Virus record (IMG/VR): IMGVR_UViG_3300020469_000002
Location: 10,928 to 74,927 of that record
Direction: 5' to 3' (one strand)
Origin: a virus
DNA length: 64,000 nucleotides
This document shows, one piece after another, positions 1 to 10,158 of this stretch. The notes beneath the pieces were generated by a model. It saw only the letters and a program-made list of their open reading frames with translations. It had not been told where the DNA came from and did not search any database. A program made the position numbers and the translations under genes. Positions within the stretch are counted from its first letter, which is position 1. Every line of letters begins with the position of its first letter.

Positions 1-299
1 CTTTCGACAAGTCGATGCACCATCGCAGCCACATACCCGTCGCGAGCGAGCCGACAACGCTTTGCGACGATCAGCCCCGTTGCTCTCTCGTCTCGAATCT
101 CGTCGATCGCGGCGAGAAGTGCTGGTCGCTTGTCAAGCTCCAAACCCCCTGAAACGCCGTGGTCAACATGCTCTGCGATGATGATTAGGTCGTTCTTTCG
201 ACAGTACGACTGAACCATGTCTCTTTGCGCTTCGAGACCCAGCTTTTGATCGTCTGTAGAGACTCGGAAGTATGCGACGACTGGTGTGCTTTCGGTCAT
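1..299 (-). CDS. Serine recombinase/resolvase, N-terminal part (runs off the window edge; not in the ORF track)
   Basis: Manual translation from ATG at 299: MTESTPVVAYFRVSTDDQKLGLEAQRD...EHVDHGVSGG...RPALLAAID...LIVAKRCRLARD. Contains YxRVST, D.GVSG, RP.L and a (D)RL.R-like motif. Confidence 0.9.
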   Translation of the reverse strand, partial: MTESTPVVAYFRVSTDDQKLGLEAQRDMVQSYCRKNDLIIIAEHVDHGVSGGLELDKRPALLAAIDEIRDERATGLIVAKRCRLARDGYVAAMVHRLVE

Positions 300-316
300 T
301 TCGCGCTCTCTCTTGT

Positions 317-345
317 GATCTTTTCTCTTATACGCGAGTGATAAA
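317..345 (-). promoter_or_regulatory. Sigma70-like promoter for the recombinase
   Basis: TTGCAC-N17-TATAAG on the minus strand just upstream of the ATG at 299. Confidence 0.6.
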
Positions 346-445
346 ACCCGTGCAAGAGTAAAGATTGAAGAGATCGGCTCCGAGCAATAGATAGTCTTCC
401 GAGAATCCTTGTTGCGCGATACCATGCGGCAAACGGAGGGCCGAA

Positions 446-3400
446 ATGGCATCGAAGTTCACACCGGCTCAACCGCAAATCGTCTCGATTGGTCGAAAGT
501 CGATCGCAAACACTGATCGCACCGTTCTCAGTGCTGGTGGTTGGCTCAGTGGTCCCCCCCGTGGCGTACAAGATGCGAGAGAGCGTCTTGGCTACTCACA
601 GGCTGCACAGACTTCGAGTCTGTACGAGTCCCCAGAGTCTCACTACTCATTCTACCGATCCTATCGATCTCTCATGCCCTCTCAATATTGGTCGCTGTAC
701 AAGAGCAGCCCCGATGTCCGAGTGTGTGTTGACTCGATCGTTCGACGAATCGCAACGCGAGATTGGATCATCAAGCCGACCACTGATCCGCGAGAGACTG
801 ACGAGTACAAGCGTCTCTCTGCAAAGTCTGCGGAGGTTGCTCAGTTTCTTCGAGTGCCAAACAAAGACGGTCAGACGTGGCAAGAGTTGATGACCGCGAT
901 GGTCACCGACTTGCTTGTGTATGACAGTGGTATTCTTGAAATGGTTGAGGACGGCGAAGGCAATCTCACAGAGGTTGTCTCGTGGCTCGGCAGTGAGTGG
1001 TTCGAGGTGATTGACACTCACGGCAATCTGGTTCGATACGATCAGACGCCAGAGAACTCCAACGAGCCTCCAGTCGAGGTTTCGCCAGAAAAAATCTGCG
1101 CGTTCAAGCTGTTCACGAACAACCGCTCTACGAACGGTCTCCCGATTTTGGAGTCTGTGATCACTGAGTGTTTGACTGTCCTTCTGTCGAGTGAACACGC
1201 GATGTTGGCGCTCGATGCGAACGAGATTCCGCCCGGTCTTCTTGTTCTCGGTGGTGTTGCGGGAGCAGCAGCAGAGCGAGCCCGCGCAGATCTACAGCAG
1301 ATGAAGGGTCGAGATCACCGAATCCGCGTCGTGACTTCTCCTGAGCCGAACGGAATCGAGGCGAAGTGGGTTGAGCTTCGACACAACATCAAAGATCTGG
1401 AAATGCTGAGGGTGATTGACACCATGCGAAAGACCATTTGGCGGGTCTTCGGGGTGTCACCAACGGAGCTTGGCGAGACGATGAACCTCGCTCGCGCTGC
1501 TGCTGAAGTTCAGATGGATGTGTCCTCGTCTCACTTGATCTCTCCGATTCTGGAGACGATTCAGGCACGGGTCAACGCTCAGATTCTTCCTCGTCTGCTT
1601 GGAGAAGACGCTGGCAAAATCACGTTTGCTTTCGAGCGTGGTGCTGTTGCGTCTGCGAAAGAACGACTGCAAATCGCAGAGCGAAGCGAGATTCTTCTGC
1701 GACGTGGAGTGATGACCGTAAACGAGGTTCGAGACGAGCTTGGTCTTCTCCCGATTGAGGGCGGAGATATTGCGACTGTTGAGACAAATCTCGGTCCCGT
1801 TCCTCTTGAAACACTTGTGGTTGGAATCGCAGATTCAGATGAGGTTCAATCTGCTCCTCAAACAGAAGATCAGGGCAGTGACGCAAGTTTTGAAGAGCTT
1901 TCGAAGCTGGGAGATCTCTCAAAGGCTGTGCAGAAGAACCTTCGAGAGCGGGCCAAGAAGCACAACGAAAAAATGAAGGGTCGAGCAGCATGGCGTCGAA
2001 CGAACGCGGGAACACTCGCGAAAGTGTTTGATCGTGGAGTGGGTGCATACCACAACAACCCGCAGTCGGTCAGGCCGGGCGTCGCAAGTGCAGAGCAGTG
2101 GGGATACGGTCGAGTCGATTCTTTCCTGCATGTGCTCGACAAGGACAAGTTCAGGAAAGGAAAGCACGACACTGACTTGCTCCCGAAGCAGCACCCTCTC
2201 TCCAGCAAGGGAGAAGAGCGTGGTGTTGTGAGTCGTGCTCCTTCGTTTGATCGTGCTGATCTGAATACCGCTTGGGGATGGAACGATCGACAAAGAGACA
2301 GACTGCTTGGCGATCCCTCAGATTGGCGACGATACGCCCGAGCACATCTTTGGAATGACGGAAGTGGCGACGAGCGTTTCGGGGCGTACAAGTTTCCGAT
2401 CGCTCGTGTAGTGAAAGCGAACGATGAAGATCCCAAAATCGTGTTTCGCGGTGTCGCGTCTGTCATTGGCGCACTGAATGAAGACGGAAAGCACGAGTCG
2501 CTTACGGGTGTCACACTCGAAGAGCAGCGACAAGTCTATGCCCGCGTCGCATCGCTGTACGACGACTTCGGACAAGAGGTTCCCGTCGTTGCTCGACTGG
2601 AAGACGACCGCGCTCTGCGAGCGGTCGGGGATGTAGACCCGACAAACTTCCCTGCATCTGGAGACGACAAGGCTGTTTCACTTGCGAACTCTCAGTGGGA
2701 GATCTTCGATCACAAGTACGCAAAGAAGCTGAAAGACGAGTATCCAGAGATTTGGAAGAAGGGTGGAAACATTCGAGGCAACTCGCAGTGGAGAAAGCTG
2801 CTTCCGATCGTCGAGCGTGGCGGCTCAATGAAGCCGAAGAACGACACCGAGGAAGGTGCCATTCGATTGCGTGAAGCATGGAACGCGCGCCACTTCAAAG
2901 ATCATCGAATCGCGGGAGTGATTGCGCAGGTAAAATGGCTCGCTGTGGGCTCTCGCGGTGAAGTCTACATGAAGAAGCTGATCGACGAAGAAAAGAAGAA
3001 GATCGACGACAAGCGGTCAAAGCATCACCATCACGATCATGATTGCGAAGAACATGGCTGTTTCGGGGGTCGCGAGACTTCGATTCCAGATGCTCGTCAA
3101 CGATTGAGAGGCATGCACCCCGCTTCTCGGCTGATCGAAATCGAGAGAGCAGCGGCACAGACTTATCTGCCAAGTGAGTGGCAGCCGTCGTCCAAGTTTG
3201 CGAGCGTCCGAACTCTCGATCTGTCTTCGCTGGCAGACGAGATCGCTGCATACACAAGGACTGCTGCACGATTGTATGCAGACGCCGCTGGAGACATTGA
3301 GTCTTCGATTCGGGCTGCGTATGACGCTTCAGGAAAGCTGAGTGTTCAAAATGCCGCCTCGGTGCAAAGGCAGATTGACGATAGGCTCAATGCTCTGGCG

Positions 3401-4093
3401 GCAAAGTGGGATGCCATCGGTCGAGAGTATTACCGTTCCGCTGCTCAGAACGGGGCACGCTCGGCAGAGAAGATGTCTGGGACTTCGAGCGTCAGCGCGC
3501 TGTCTGTTGATGCGACTGCGGGTGCTTATGCGAACGAAGCGATGTCGTACCTCACAGACCAACAGGGGCTCGTTGGTACGCTCAGAGAGCAGCTTCGCAG
3601 ACTTGTGAACAACGCAAGCGCGCCGAAGCAAGTGCGAAGCGTAGATCGCGACATCGACGACATCGACAACGACTCAGAGCGATCAGAAGTGCTCGCGACA
3701 ACCGGCGCGGTATTCGCTGCAAACGCACATCGAGTATCAAACTGGACGGGTAAGCTGGTTGGCTTGGCGAATCGGATGCTCGCAGAAACGCTTGAAAGTG
3801 TTGTCTCTATTGGAGACGGCAAAGCGACTGTCTGGTACTACGAGTGGGTGAGTGCTGGCGGTAGATCTTGTCCGATCTGTGCAGAAGAAGGAGTGCAGGG
3901 TTTTCGACGGCTCGACAGAATCGGTCGATACCCAGGGGAAGACACATACTGCGGCGCAAACTGCCGATGCGTGCTCGTTCTGTGGACAGAGGACGAGGTT
4001 CGAAGTGGGGCGGCAGAGTCACTCTCAACACCGGCTGGAGAGGTCTCGTCAAACCCGATGGAGACCAACTACTTGCCTCCTGGCATGATCTGA
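446..4093 (+). CDS. Portal protein fused to accessory domains and a C-terminal MuF-like head morphogenesis domain
   Basis: N-terminal ~460 aa resemble HK97-type portal (GLPILES, IWRVFGVSPTELG, GVMTVNEVRDELGLLPIEGGD). C-terminal WVSAGGRSCPIC...CGANCRC is a MuF-type motif. GGAGG precedes the start. Confidence 0.85.
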   Translation: MASKFTPAQPQIVSIGRKSIANTDRTVLSAGGWLSGPPRGVQDARERLGYSQAAQTSSLYESPESHYSFYRSYRSLMPSQYWSLYKSSPDVRVCVDSIVRRIATRDWIIKPTTDPRETDEYKRLSAKSAEVAQFLRVPNKDGQTWQELMTAMVTDLLVYDSGILEMVEDGEGNLTEVVSWLGSEWFEVIDTHGNLVRYDQTPENSNEPPVEVSPEKICAFKLFTNNRSTNGLPILESVITECLTVLLSSEHAMLALDANEIPPGLLVLGGVAGAAAERARADLQQMKGRDHRIRVVTSPEPNGIEAKWVELRHNIKDLEMLRVIDTMRKTIWRVFGVSPTELGETMNLARAAAEVQMDVSSSHLISPILETIQARVNAQILPRLLGEDAGKITFAFERGAVASAKERLQIAERSEILLRRGVMTVNEVRDELGLLPIEGGDIATVETNLGPVPLETLVVGIADSDEVQSAPQTEDQGSDASFEELSKLGDLSKAVQKNLRERAKKHNEKMKGRAAWRRTNAGTLAKVFDRGVGAYHNNPQSVRPGVASAEQWGYGRVDSFLHVLDKDKFRKGKHDTDLLPKQHPLSSKGEERGVVSRAPSFDRADLNTAWGWNDRQRDRLLGDPSDWRRYARAHLWNDGSGDERFGAYKFPIARVVKANDEDPKIVFRGVASVIGALNEDGKHESLTGVTLEEQRQVYARVASLYDDFGQEVPVVARLEDDRALRAVGDVDPTNFPASGDDKAVSLANSQWEIFDHKYAKKLKDEYPEIWKKGGNIRGNSQWRKLLPIVERGGSMKPKNDTEEGAIRLREAWNARHFKDHRIAGVIAQVKWLAVGSRGEVYMKKLIDEEKKKIDDKRSKHHHHDHDCEEHGCFGGRETSIPDARQRLRGMHPASRLIEIERAAAQTYLPSEWQPSSKFASVRTLDLSSLADEIAAYTRTAARLYADAAGDIESSIRAAYDASGKLSVQNAASVQRQIDDRLNALAAKWDAIGREYYRSAAQNGARSAEKMSGTSSVSALSVDATAGAYANEAMSYLTDQQGLVGTLREQLRRLVNNASAPKQVRSVDRDIDDIDNDSERSEVLATTGAVFAANAHRVSNWTGKLVGLANRMLAETLESVVSIGDGKATVWYYEWVSAGGRSCPICAEEGVQGFRRLDRIGRYPGEDTYCGANCRCVLVLWTEDEVRSGAAESLSTPAGEVSSNPMETNYLPPGMI

Positions 4094-4148
4094 ACCGACA
4101 TCGCTCAATCAACCGTATCAGAACCCCATTGGCCTTATCGAGATCTGA

Positions 4149-6641
4149 ATGATACTGTCATCTTCGGACGCCCAGCCAGCAGGCGCAGAACTCGAAATCA
4201 CGGGAGCGCCAAAAATGCACGTCCGCATCGATCTTCCATCTTGTAGTGGCGAGTCTACACAGCTTCATCTTCGTCAGATTGAATCTGTAGAAGAAAACAA
4301 GCGTCGATGGTCCGCCCGTTGTCGAATCCCGATGGCTGGCGTGCTCTCGGTTCGAGATTTGAGCGTTCGAAACGATGCTTCGGTTGTCTCTGCGGACGCA
4401 CAATGCGAAGACCGCGCATACCACGACGACGACGAAGAAAAGAAGAAGCGTTCCGACGAAATGGTCCTCGAAGGGATCGCAAGCTCGTCCTCGACGGACT
4501 GGCACGGAACCTCGATGTCTTTGTCTGCTTTGCAGCGTATGGCAGATCAGTTTCGATCTGGAGTGCCCTACGTCGCGACGCATCATGATGCAGAGTGGAT
4601 GCACATGCTCGGGCGCACGTTCGACGCAGAGGTCGTCTCCAGTCAGGCTGCGCGAGCAGCATACGGAGAGGATGTCGGATACGAGCTGAAGGTTCGAACG
4701 ACTCTGTTCATGGACGACGAGCGTTCGAAGAAGCTTCTGCGACACTTGCAGCGTGGTGTTCCTGTTGGTTGGAGCATCGGTGGCTGGTTCACGGAAATGG
4801 AAATCGTGACCAACGATCAGGACGAAGTGGAAGCGATGATTGTTCGAGAGGTTGAGCTTGATCACCTCGCGACAACTCGCACTCCATCAAACCCAGACTC
4901 TTTCGTTGCGAGCATCGTGGGTGATACCGGGGAAGCACTGCGCGCAGCACTTACTGGGGATGAGGTCAGTCGCAGTGCGTCTCCGGATTCCTCTAAGGTT
5001 TGGCGAGCCACAAGAGCATCAGGTCAAGTGCATGTTTCACTTCTCGATTCGGAGACTGGCAAGATGGATTCAGAAACCGATGATCGTGCGACTGTGGGAA
5101 TCGAAGCGCCAGAAGGTCATCACTGGATGGACTATGAAGACGGTCCAGTCTTGATGCCTGGAGAAGACACCGATCATGAGGGCGCAACCGACGTTTATGA
5201 GTTCGAGGTGGTCGAAAAGCATGATCCTGAACGCATGAATGAAGACACCGAGTATAGGTCGGATGATTGCGCGGAGACTCGTGAAGCGTCTGATTTTCAA
5301 GATCTGCCGGTAGCTGATGCTGGTACTCAGTGGGACTGGAGTACGGATGTCGCAAACGAGATTCTGTACTCGGAAGATCACAGCGAAGAAGATCCAAACT
5401 GGGTGATGTTCAAGAAGGCTCACTTGTGGGTTGACCCCGACAAAGATGAAACGCGCGAAGGCTACAAGCTGCCAATCGCGATGATGATGGACGGTGAGCT
5501 TAAAGTCGTTCCGCGTGCAGTCATCGCAGCGGTCGCGGCACTGAATGGTGCTCGTGGCGGTGTCGATATTCCAGAGTCAGACCGAAAAGAGGTCTACGAC
5601 TTGATCGTCAAATACTACGCATCGTGGGGCGACGACGATCCTCCAGATTTGATGGCATACGACGACATGGAGTCAGAGAAGCGGTCAGTCATGAGCTACC
5701 ACTCTCTCCCTCTCGAAGAGTCAGCGTCGCTGAACTGGGGTCGCGCAGCAGCCGACGAGGTTCTTGGCGCAGAACAAGACTGGCAGCGATTCCAGCTTGC
5801 ACATCTCGTCTACGACGCGTCTCGTCCAAACGAGCGAGAATCATACAAATACCCATTTGCCCGCATGTTCGATGGCGAGCTTCGCGCAGTGTTGGAGACG
5901 ATTCGATCGCTTCTCGACGCACTGAACGCAGGAGAGCTGGAGCTTGGTGAACCAGACCGAGCGAAAGCCCTCGAACATCTATCGCAGTATACAAGCGGCA
6001 TCGACGATGCCGAACTGTATCGTGAGTCCCTTGACAGTCGATCTCGACTGTGTTCCAGTGCCAATGAAGGGATCGACGCTCGACGAAGCGCAACCCCGGC
6101 ACAATCCACAACACCCCATGCCGAGGATGCAGCCATGTCCGACACCCCTGTCGAACTCCCTGTTGCAGCGCCCGAAGCGTCGCAGAGCGATCGTCTCGAC
6201 CGGATCGAGACCTTGCTGCTGCGCACGGTTGAGGCGATTAGCAACCCCACCGCAAGCGTCGAATCGACGCCCGAACCCCAGCCTGCCGTCGAGCAGATCG
6301 ATCCCGAGGTTACCGAGCTTCGCTCTCGCCTCGCTGCCGCTGAGCAGAAAATCGTTCAACTCGCACAGCAGCCGCAGCGTCGCGGTCGTCCCCACGTCGC
6401 TCATGCCGTGCTTGGTGCTCCCAGCACTGCCTTCGACGGCTTTGTTCGTAGTGCTGAAAAGCATCTTCCGAGCAACAGTGCCCTCGTCGCTGTTTGCCGC
6501 GAGCAGGCTCCGCGTCGCTCCGCAGAGCGCGATGCTCTCCCCACTCGCCAGTCTCTCGAAGCTGATCTTCGTGCAGTCCTGCACGCAGCGATGGCAGACG
6601 GTGTGATCACCAACCCCGACGCTCGCGCCGCTTGGCGCTAA
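4149..6641 (+). CDS. Prohead protease with inserted domains and C-terminal scaffold
   Basis: LEGIASSSSTDWHG, ATHH, GWSIGG and ELDHLATTRTPSNPDS match HK97-type protease motifs. Lies between portal and capsid. Start uncertain. Confidence 0.8.
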   Translation: MILSSSDAQPAGAELEITGAPKMHVRIDLPSCSGESTQLHLRQIESVEENKRRWSARCRIPMAGVLSVRDLSVRNDASVVSADAQCEDRAYHDDDEEKKKRSDEMVLEGIASSSSTDWHGTSMSLSALQRMADQFRSGVPYVATHHDAEWMHMLGRTFDAEVVSSQAARAAYGEDVGYELKVRTTLFMDDERSKKLLRHLQRGVPVGWSIGGWFTEMEIVTNDQDEVEAMIVREVELDHLATTRTPSNPDSFVASIVGDTGEALRAALTGDEVSRSASPDSSKVWRATRASGQVHVSLLDSETGKMDSETDDRATVGIEAPEGHHWMDYEDGPVLMPGEDTDHEGATDVYEFEVVEKHDPERMNEDTEYRSDDCAETREASDFQDLPVADAGTQWDWSTDVANEILYSEDHSEEDPNWVMFKKAHLWVDPDKDETREGYKLPIAMMMDGELKVVPRAVIAAVAALNGARGGVDIPESDRKEVYDLIVKYYASWGDDDPPDLMAYDDMESEKRSVMSYHSLPLEESASLNWGRAAADEVLGAEQDWQRFQLAHLVYDASRPNERESYKYPFARMFDGELRAVLETIRSLLDALNAGELELGEPDRAKALEHLSQYTSGIDDAELYRESLDSRSRLCSSANEGIDARRSATPAQSTTPHAEDAAMSDTPVELPVAAPEASQSDRLDRIETLLLRTVEAISNPTASVESTPEPQPAVEQIDPEVTELRSRLAAAEQKIVQLAQQPQRRGRPHVAHAVLGAPSTAFDGFVRSAEKHLPSNSALVAVCREQAPRRSAERDALPTRQSLEADLRAVLHAAMADGVITNPDARAAWR

Positions 6642-6652
6642 GGAGACCTACG

Positions 6653-7648
6653 ATGGCAAACCCAACTTGGGCAGCACTCGACGGACAGCGACGCGAGGCG
6701 TTTCAGCGTGCAGTCAACGTGTCGAACGCTGGTTCGTACCTGATCCAGAACTACACAAACCGCATCATCGAGCAGCTTTCGGTTCGCGAGTTTGGTGCTC
6801 TCGGAACTATGGACCGCCGACCCGGTCAGGGCTCGCAGGCCATGGTCAACCGACGCACCGGCGCGACGATGAACGCAGCGAACGTGTGGGTGTCGGACAC
6901 TGTGGCTCTTACTGAGTCCACTGGTTCCTACGATCAGGCGACCTTCACCTACATGACTCTCGCCACTCGTGGCAAGGTCACTCGGAAGATGCGCGCTCGC
7001 GGTCGTTCGTACCTCGACATTCTCGCGGACGAAATGACCCACAAGCTCGACGACTTCAACAACTCGCTGGAAAGCGCGATCTTCACTGGCGACTCGGGTG
7101 CCATCTCGACTCAGATGGACGGTCTGCTCACGCAGATCAACGCCGTCTCGACTCAGGTGATCGCGAACACCAACGCAACTGTTGGCGACTCGCTCACCTT
7201 GTCGAAGCTCGATGAAGCAATCGACGCTGTTCGTGGAGCAGGCAATCGTTCAGATCTTGCGATCTACGCATCGTTCCTCGGCGCCCGCAAGCTGAACGCT
7301 GCACTTCAGGCTGATCAGCAGTTCTCCAACATGGTTGAAGTGGCTGCTGGCTTCCGCGTGCGGACCTACGATGGCATCCCGATCATCGTTTCGACTGGTC
7401 TCGGTGACGACCTCGGTTGGAGCGGTAGCGCGCTGGACAAGCTCGCTGGCGAGACCACCGAGCCGACCACTTCGCTCGTGATCGTCAACAAGCGCCACGC
7501 ATGGCTGGAGGAGCTTACGCCCACCACCATGATGCCGCTTGCTCGCGACGACAGCCAGTTCGAGCAGTTCGACATCTTCTGGGATGGCGCTTGCGTGCTG
7601 GGCAACACCAGCGGTGCAGCAATCCTTGGCGGAATCTCGATCTCCTGA
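6653..7648 (+). CDS. Major capsid protein
   Basis: Follows the protease/scaffold; AGGAGA RBS; about 330 aa; ESAIFTGD...MDGLL and YDGIPII motifs typical of HK97-fold capsids; followed by a terminator. Confidence 0.85.
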   Translation: MANPTWAALDGQRREAFQRAVNVSNAGSYLIQNYTNRIIEQLSVREFGALGTMDRRPGQGSQAMVNRRTGATMNAANVWVSDTVALTESTGSYDQATFTYMTLATRGKVTRKMRARGRSYLDILADEMTHKLDDFNNSLESAIFTGDSGAISTQMDGLLTQINAVSTQVIANTNATVGDSLTLSKLDEAIDAVRGAGNRSDLAIYASFLGARKLNAALQADQQFSNMVEVAAGFRVRTYDGIPIIVSTGLGDDLGWSGSALDKLAGETTEPTTSLVIVNKRHAWLEELTPTTMMPLARDDSQFEQFDIFWDGACVLGNTSGAAILGGISIS

Positions 7649-7679
7649 TCGTCTCGCGCACACTGCGCGGTCGTTCTTT

Positions 7680-7710
7680 ACGCGCCGACGGCATGTTCGT
7701 CGGCGCGTTT
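7680..7710 (+). terminator. Rho-independent terminator after the capsid gene
   Basis: ACGCGCCGACG-GCATGTT-CGTCGGCGCGT followed by TT. Confidence 0.7.
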
Positions 7711-7762
7711 GTGCGTCTGGACTAAAAAGATTTCCGATGATACAGTTCGCATCGGAGGTCAG

Positions 7763-8236
7763 ATGGGTATCCAGACCGAGGTTCCTGAGCGTGGCACTTA
7801 CGAGCACGTTTTGATTCGCAAGGATCGCGACGCAAGTGTCGAGCGCGGTGTTCCCATGCGGTTCGTTTGCTACGGCGAAAACACCGTATCTCGCAGCGTA
7901 GAGTGGCAAGGGAATCGTGTACACACGATTTTTCTTCGAGACCATGTTTCTGCGAAACGCGCATGGCGAAAAGGGTGGATCGACATCACTGATCCATGGT
8001 TTGCGATGCTCGACGATCAGATCTGTGAGCCGACGAGCATTCCACAGCAGGCAATCTTTGAGGCTCTTGACGACAAAGAGTGGAAGTCGAAAGCTGAGAT
8101 CGTGAAGCAGGCTCAGATCAAGGACAGTGAGTGGCGAACAGCCATTCGCACTCTGATCGAAAAAGATCTTGTGAAGGTCACGGGTGCGACGAATCGAAGC
8201 TACCGATACCGTAGAACGGATGTGATCGATGGCTGA
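7763..8236 (+). CDS. Hypothetical protein with C-terminal winged-helix domain
   Basis: GGAGG RBS; QQAIFEAL...KSKAEIVKQAQIKDSEWRTAIRTLIEKDLVKVTG...YRY fits a wHTH pattern. Confidence 0.6.
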   Translation: MGIQTEVPERGTYEHVLIRKDRDASVERGVPMRFVCYGENTVSRSVEWQGNRVHTIFLRDHVSAKRAWRKGWIDITDPWFAMLDDQICEPTSIPQQAIFEALDDKEWKSKAEIVKQAQIKDSEWRTAIRTLIEKDLVKVTGATNRSYRYRRTDVIDG

Positions 8237-8801
8237 TCTCACGACGCAAGCGAAGTGCAAGCGAGCACTTGGAATCCCATCTGCTCTGACCATGCACGAC
8301 GACTATCTGGACACTCTGATTGAAGTCGCAGACGCACAGGTCGTCGGGTACTGCGGCGTGGCTGGATTCACTTCGAGCACCGTCACTGCGGAAGCATACG
8401 ACATCGAAATGACCTCTCAATCAGAGGTTGTTCTTCGGAACTTCCCCGTTTCTGCTGTTTCTGCTGTAGTTTCCGCGGGGACGACTCTGAACGAAAACGC
8501 ATGGTATTTCGACAGCAATACGGGAACGATTCGTCTGGTCTCGTTGGGTGGCTTCTTTCCGCAGGGAAATCAAACAGTCAAAGTGTCTTACACATACGGC
8601 TTTTCTACAATCCCCAGCGACCTCTCACACGCTGCAACGATTGTGGTGTGTGGACTATTCAACCGCACGAGACATGCTGGTCTCGCGACGGAAGCTGCTG
8701 CTGGATACCGATACAGAGTTGAAGATCAAGGGATTCCAAGAGCAGCAGAGGCGATTCTGTCTCGATACAGACGACTCATTCCACGAGGGAGTCAACCATG
8801 A
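8229..8801 (+). CDS. Head-tail connector (gp6-like)
   Basis: LTT..K.K.ALGI, DDYLDTLIE.A...V.GYC, VKVSYTYGF.TIP.DL and IP.AAEAILSRYRR; position after capsid. Confidence 0.8.
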   Translation: MADLTTQAKCKRALGIPSALTMHDDYLDTLIEVADAQVVGYCGVAGFTSSTVTAEAYDIEMTSQSEVVLRNFPVSAVSAVVSAGTTLNENAWYFDSNTGTIRLVSLGGFFPQGNQTVKVSYTYGFSTIPSDLSHAATIVVCGLFNRTRHAGLATEAAAGYRYRVEDQGIPRAAEAILSRYRRLIPRGSQP

Positions 8802-9163
8802 TGTACGAACGCTTCGTAGCCAGCGGCGATCCTACTGGCACTACAATGAAAGTTCGACTCCCTGAACGATACGCAAAAGCAAATCGTGATGGAGATCGAT
8901 GGATCGTTCAAGCTCTCAATGCCGGCGAAGCAAGTCGATTGAAGCGAGAAGACTGGCGAGTCATGATCGCGGTCGCAGAACCCGCTGAAACCATTCCCTC
9001 CTTCGACGTTCTTCTAAGTACGGTCTCTGCTCTGGAGACAGCACTCGCGTCTGGAATCTTCGACGCGTTTTTGCACGAGCTTCGTGAGGAAGAGACATTC
9101 AACAAGAACCGAAGAACTGCACTCGCAGCGATCGATGAACGAATCGAAACGGTTGATGGTTGA
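8798..9163 (+). CDS. Hypothetical head-module protein
   Basis: Overlap-coupled to both neighbours; C-terminal EE..NKNRRTALAAIDERI. Confidence 0.6.
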   Translation: MMYERFVASGDPTGTTMKVRLPERYAKANRDGDRWIVQALNAGEASRLKREDWRVMIAVAEPAETIPSFDVLLSTVSALETALASGIFDAFLHELREEETFNKNRRTALAAIDERIETVDG

Positions 9164-10158
9164 TGCGCGCTCTGATTACAGGCGGCGCGGGCTTCATCGG
9201 AACGAGACTCGTGACATGGCTGCACGATCGCGCCGACGAGATCTTCGTATACGACTCTCGTGAGAAGCCTGCGACTGGCTGGGGTACGTGCGTGAATCTT
9301 CTCGGTCATGATCGTGTGCTTCTTGGCCATGTTCAAGACATGCAGAGAATGTCTGACTTGGTTCAGCGAATCAGGCCCGACGTGGTTCTTCATCTTGCCG
9401 CTCAGTCGCACGTCGATGCTTCGATTAAGTCACCAACAGAAACGATTGAGGCGAATGTACTTGGAACTCACGTCGTTGCGATGGTTTGTGCAAGATGGAA
9501 AGTGCCTCTCGTGTACTGCTCGACGGACGAGGTGTACGGCGACGCTCTCGGGTGTGAAAGAGCATCGCGCGAATATGACCCGCTCGAACCTTCCAGCCCC
9601 TACAGTGCGTCCAAAGCGTCAGGTGAGTTGTTGGTTCGTGCGATCTCGAGAACTTTTGGACTCGACTTCGCAATCACACGAGGAACGAACGCGTTTGGTC
9701 CCGGTCAGTATCCCGAGAAGCTGATTCCTATCGCTTGCCGAATGCTGCATAGCGGAGAGCGAGTGCAGCTTCATGGCGGCGGTTTTCAGATTCGACAATG
9801 GGTACACGTTGACGAGTTCGCAGAGTGTCTCGCGCTCGTGGCGCAGCGACTCGTCGAGAGAGATGAAGACGTGATCGGGCAGACGTTCAATATCGCAGGA
9901 CCCGAACGAATCAGTGTGATTGGACTTGTAGAAATGCTCGCGAAGCGAATGGGTGTGTCAGTCGATGACGCCCACGAAGCTACTGCCGATCGGCCGGGTG
10001 GAGATGCAGAGTACTATGTTGATGGATCTCGGGCACGAGACGTTCTCGGTTTCCAAGCTAAACGAGTAATCACGCACGATAACGAGCTTGAACTCTTGAT
10101 TTCCGAATACGCATCTGTCGGATGCTTTCACGCGACAGTGTATGGAGGTGCAGCATGA
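9163..10158 (+). CDS. rmlB: dTDP-glucose 4,6-dehydratase-like (extended SDR)
   Basis: LITGGAGFIG, HLAAQSHVD.SI, STDEVYG, PSSPYSASKAS, FGPGQYPEKLIP, RQWVHVDE, DRPG.D..Y. Confidence 0.9.
   Translation: MRALITGGAGFIGTRLVTWLHDRADEIFVYDSREKPATGWGTCVNLLGHDRVLLGHVQDMQRMSDLVQRIRPDVVLHLAAQSHVDASIKSPTETIEANVLGTHVVAMVCARWKVPLVYCSTDEVYGDALGCERASREYDPLEPSSPYSASKASGELLVRAISRTFGLDFAITRGTNAFGPGQYPEKLIPIACRMLHSGERVQLHGGGFQIRQWVHVDEFAECLALVAQRLVERDEDVIGQTFNIAGPERISVIGLVEMLAKRMGVSVDDAHEATADRPGGDAEYYVDGSRARDVLGFQAKRVITHDNELELLISEYASVGCFHATVYGGAA

Noticed and set aside
446-6641. Inteins explaining the long portal and protease
   Set aside because: No C/S...HN-C/S/T splice motifs or LAGLIDADG blocks recognised.
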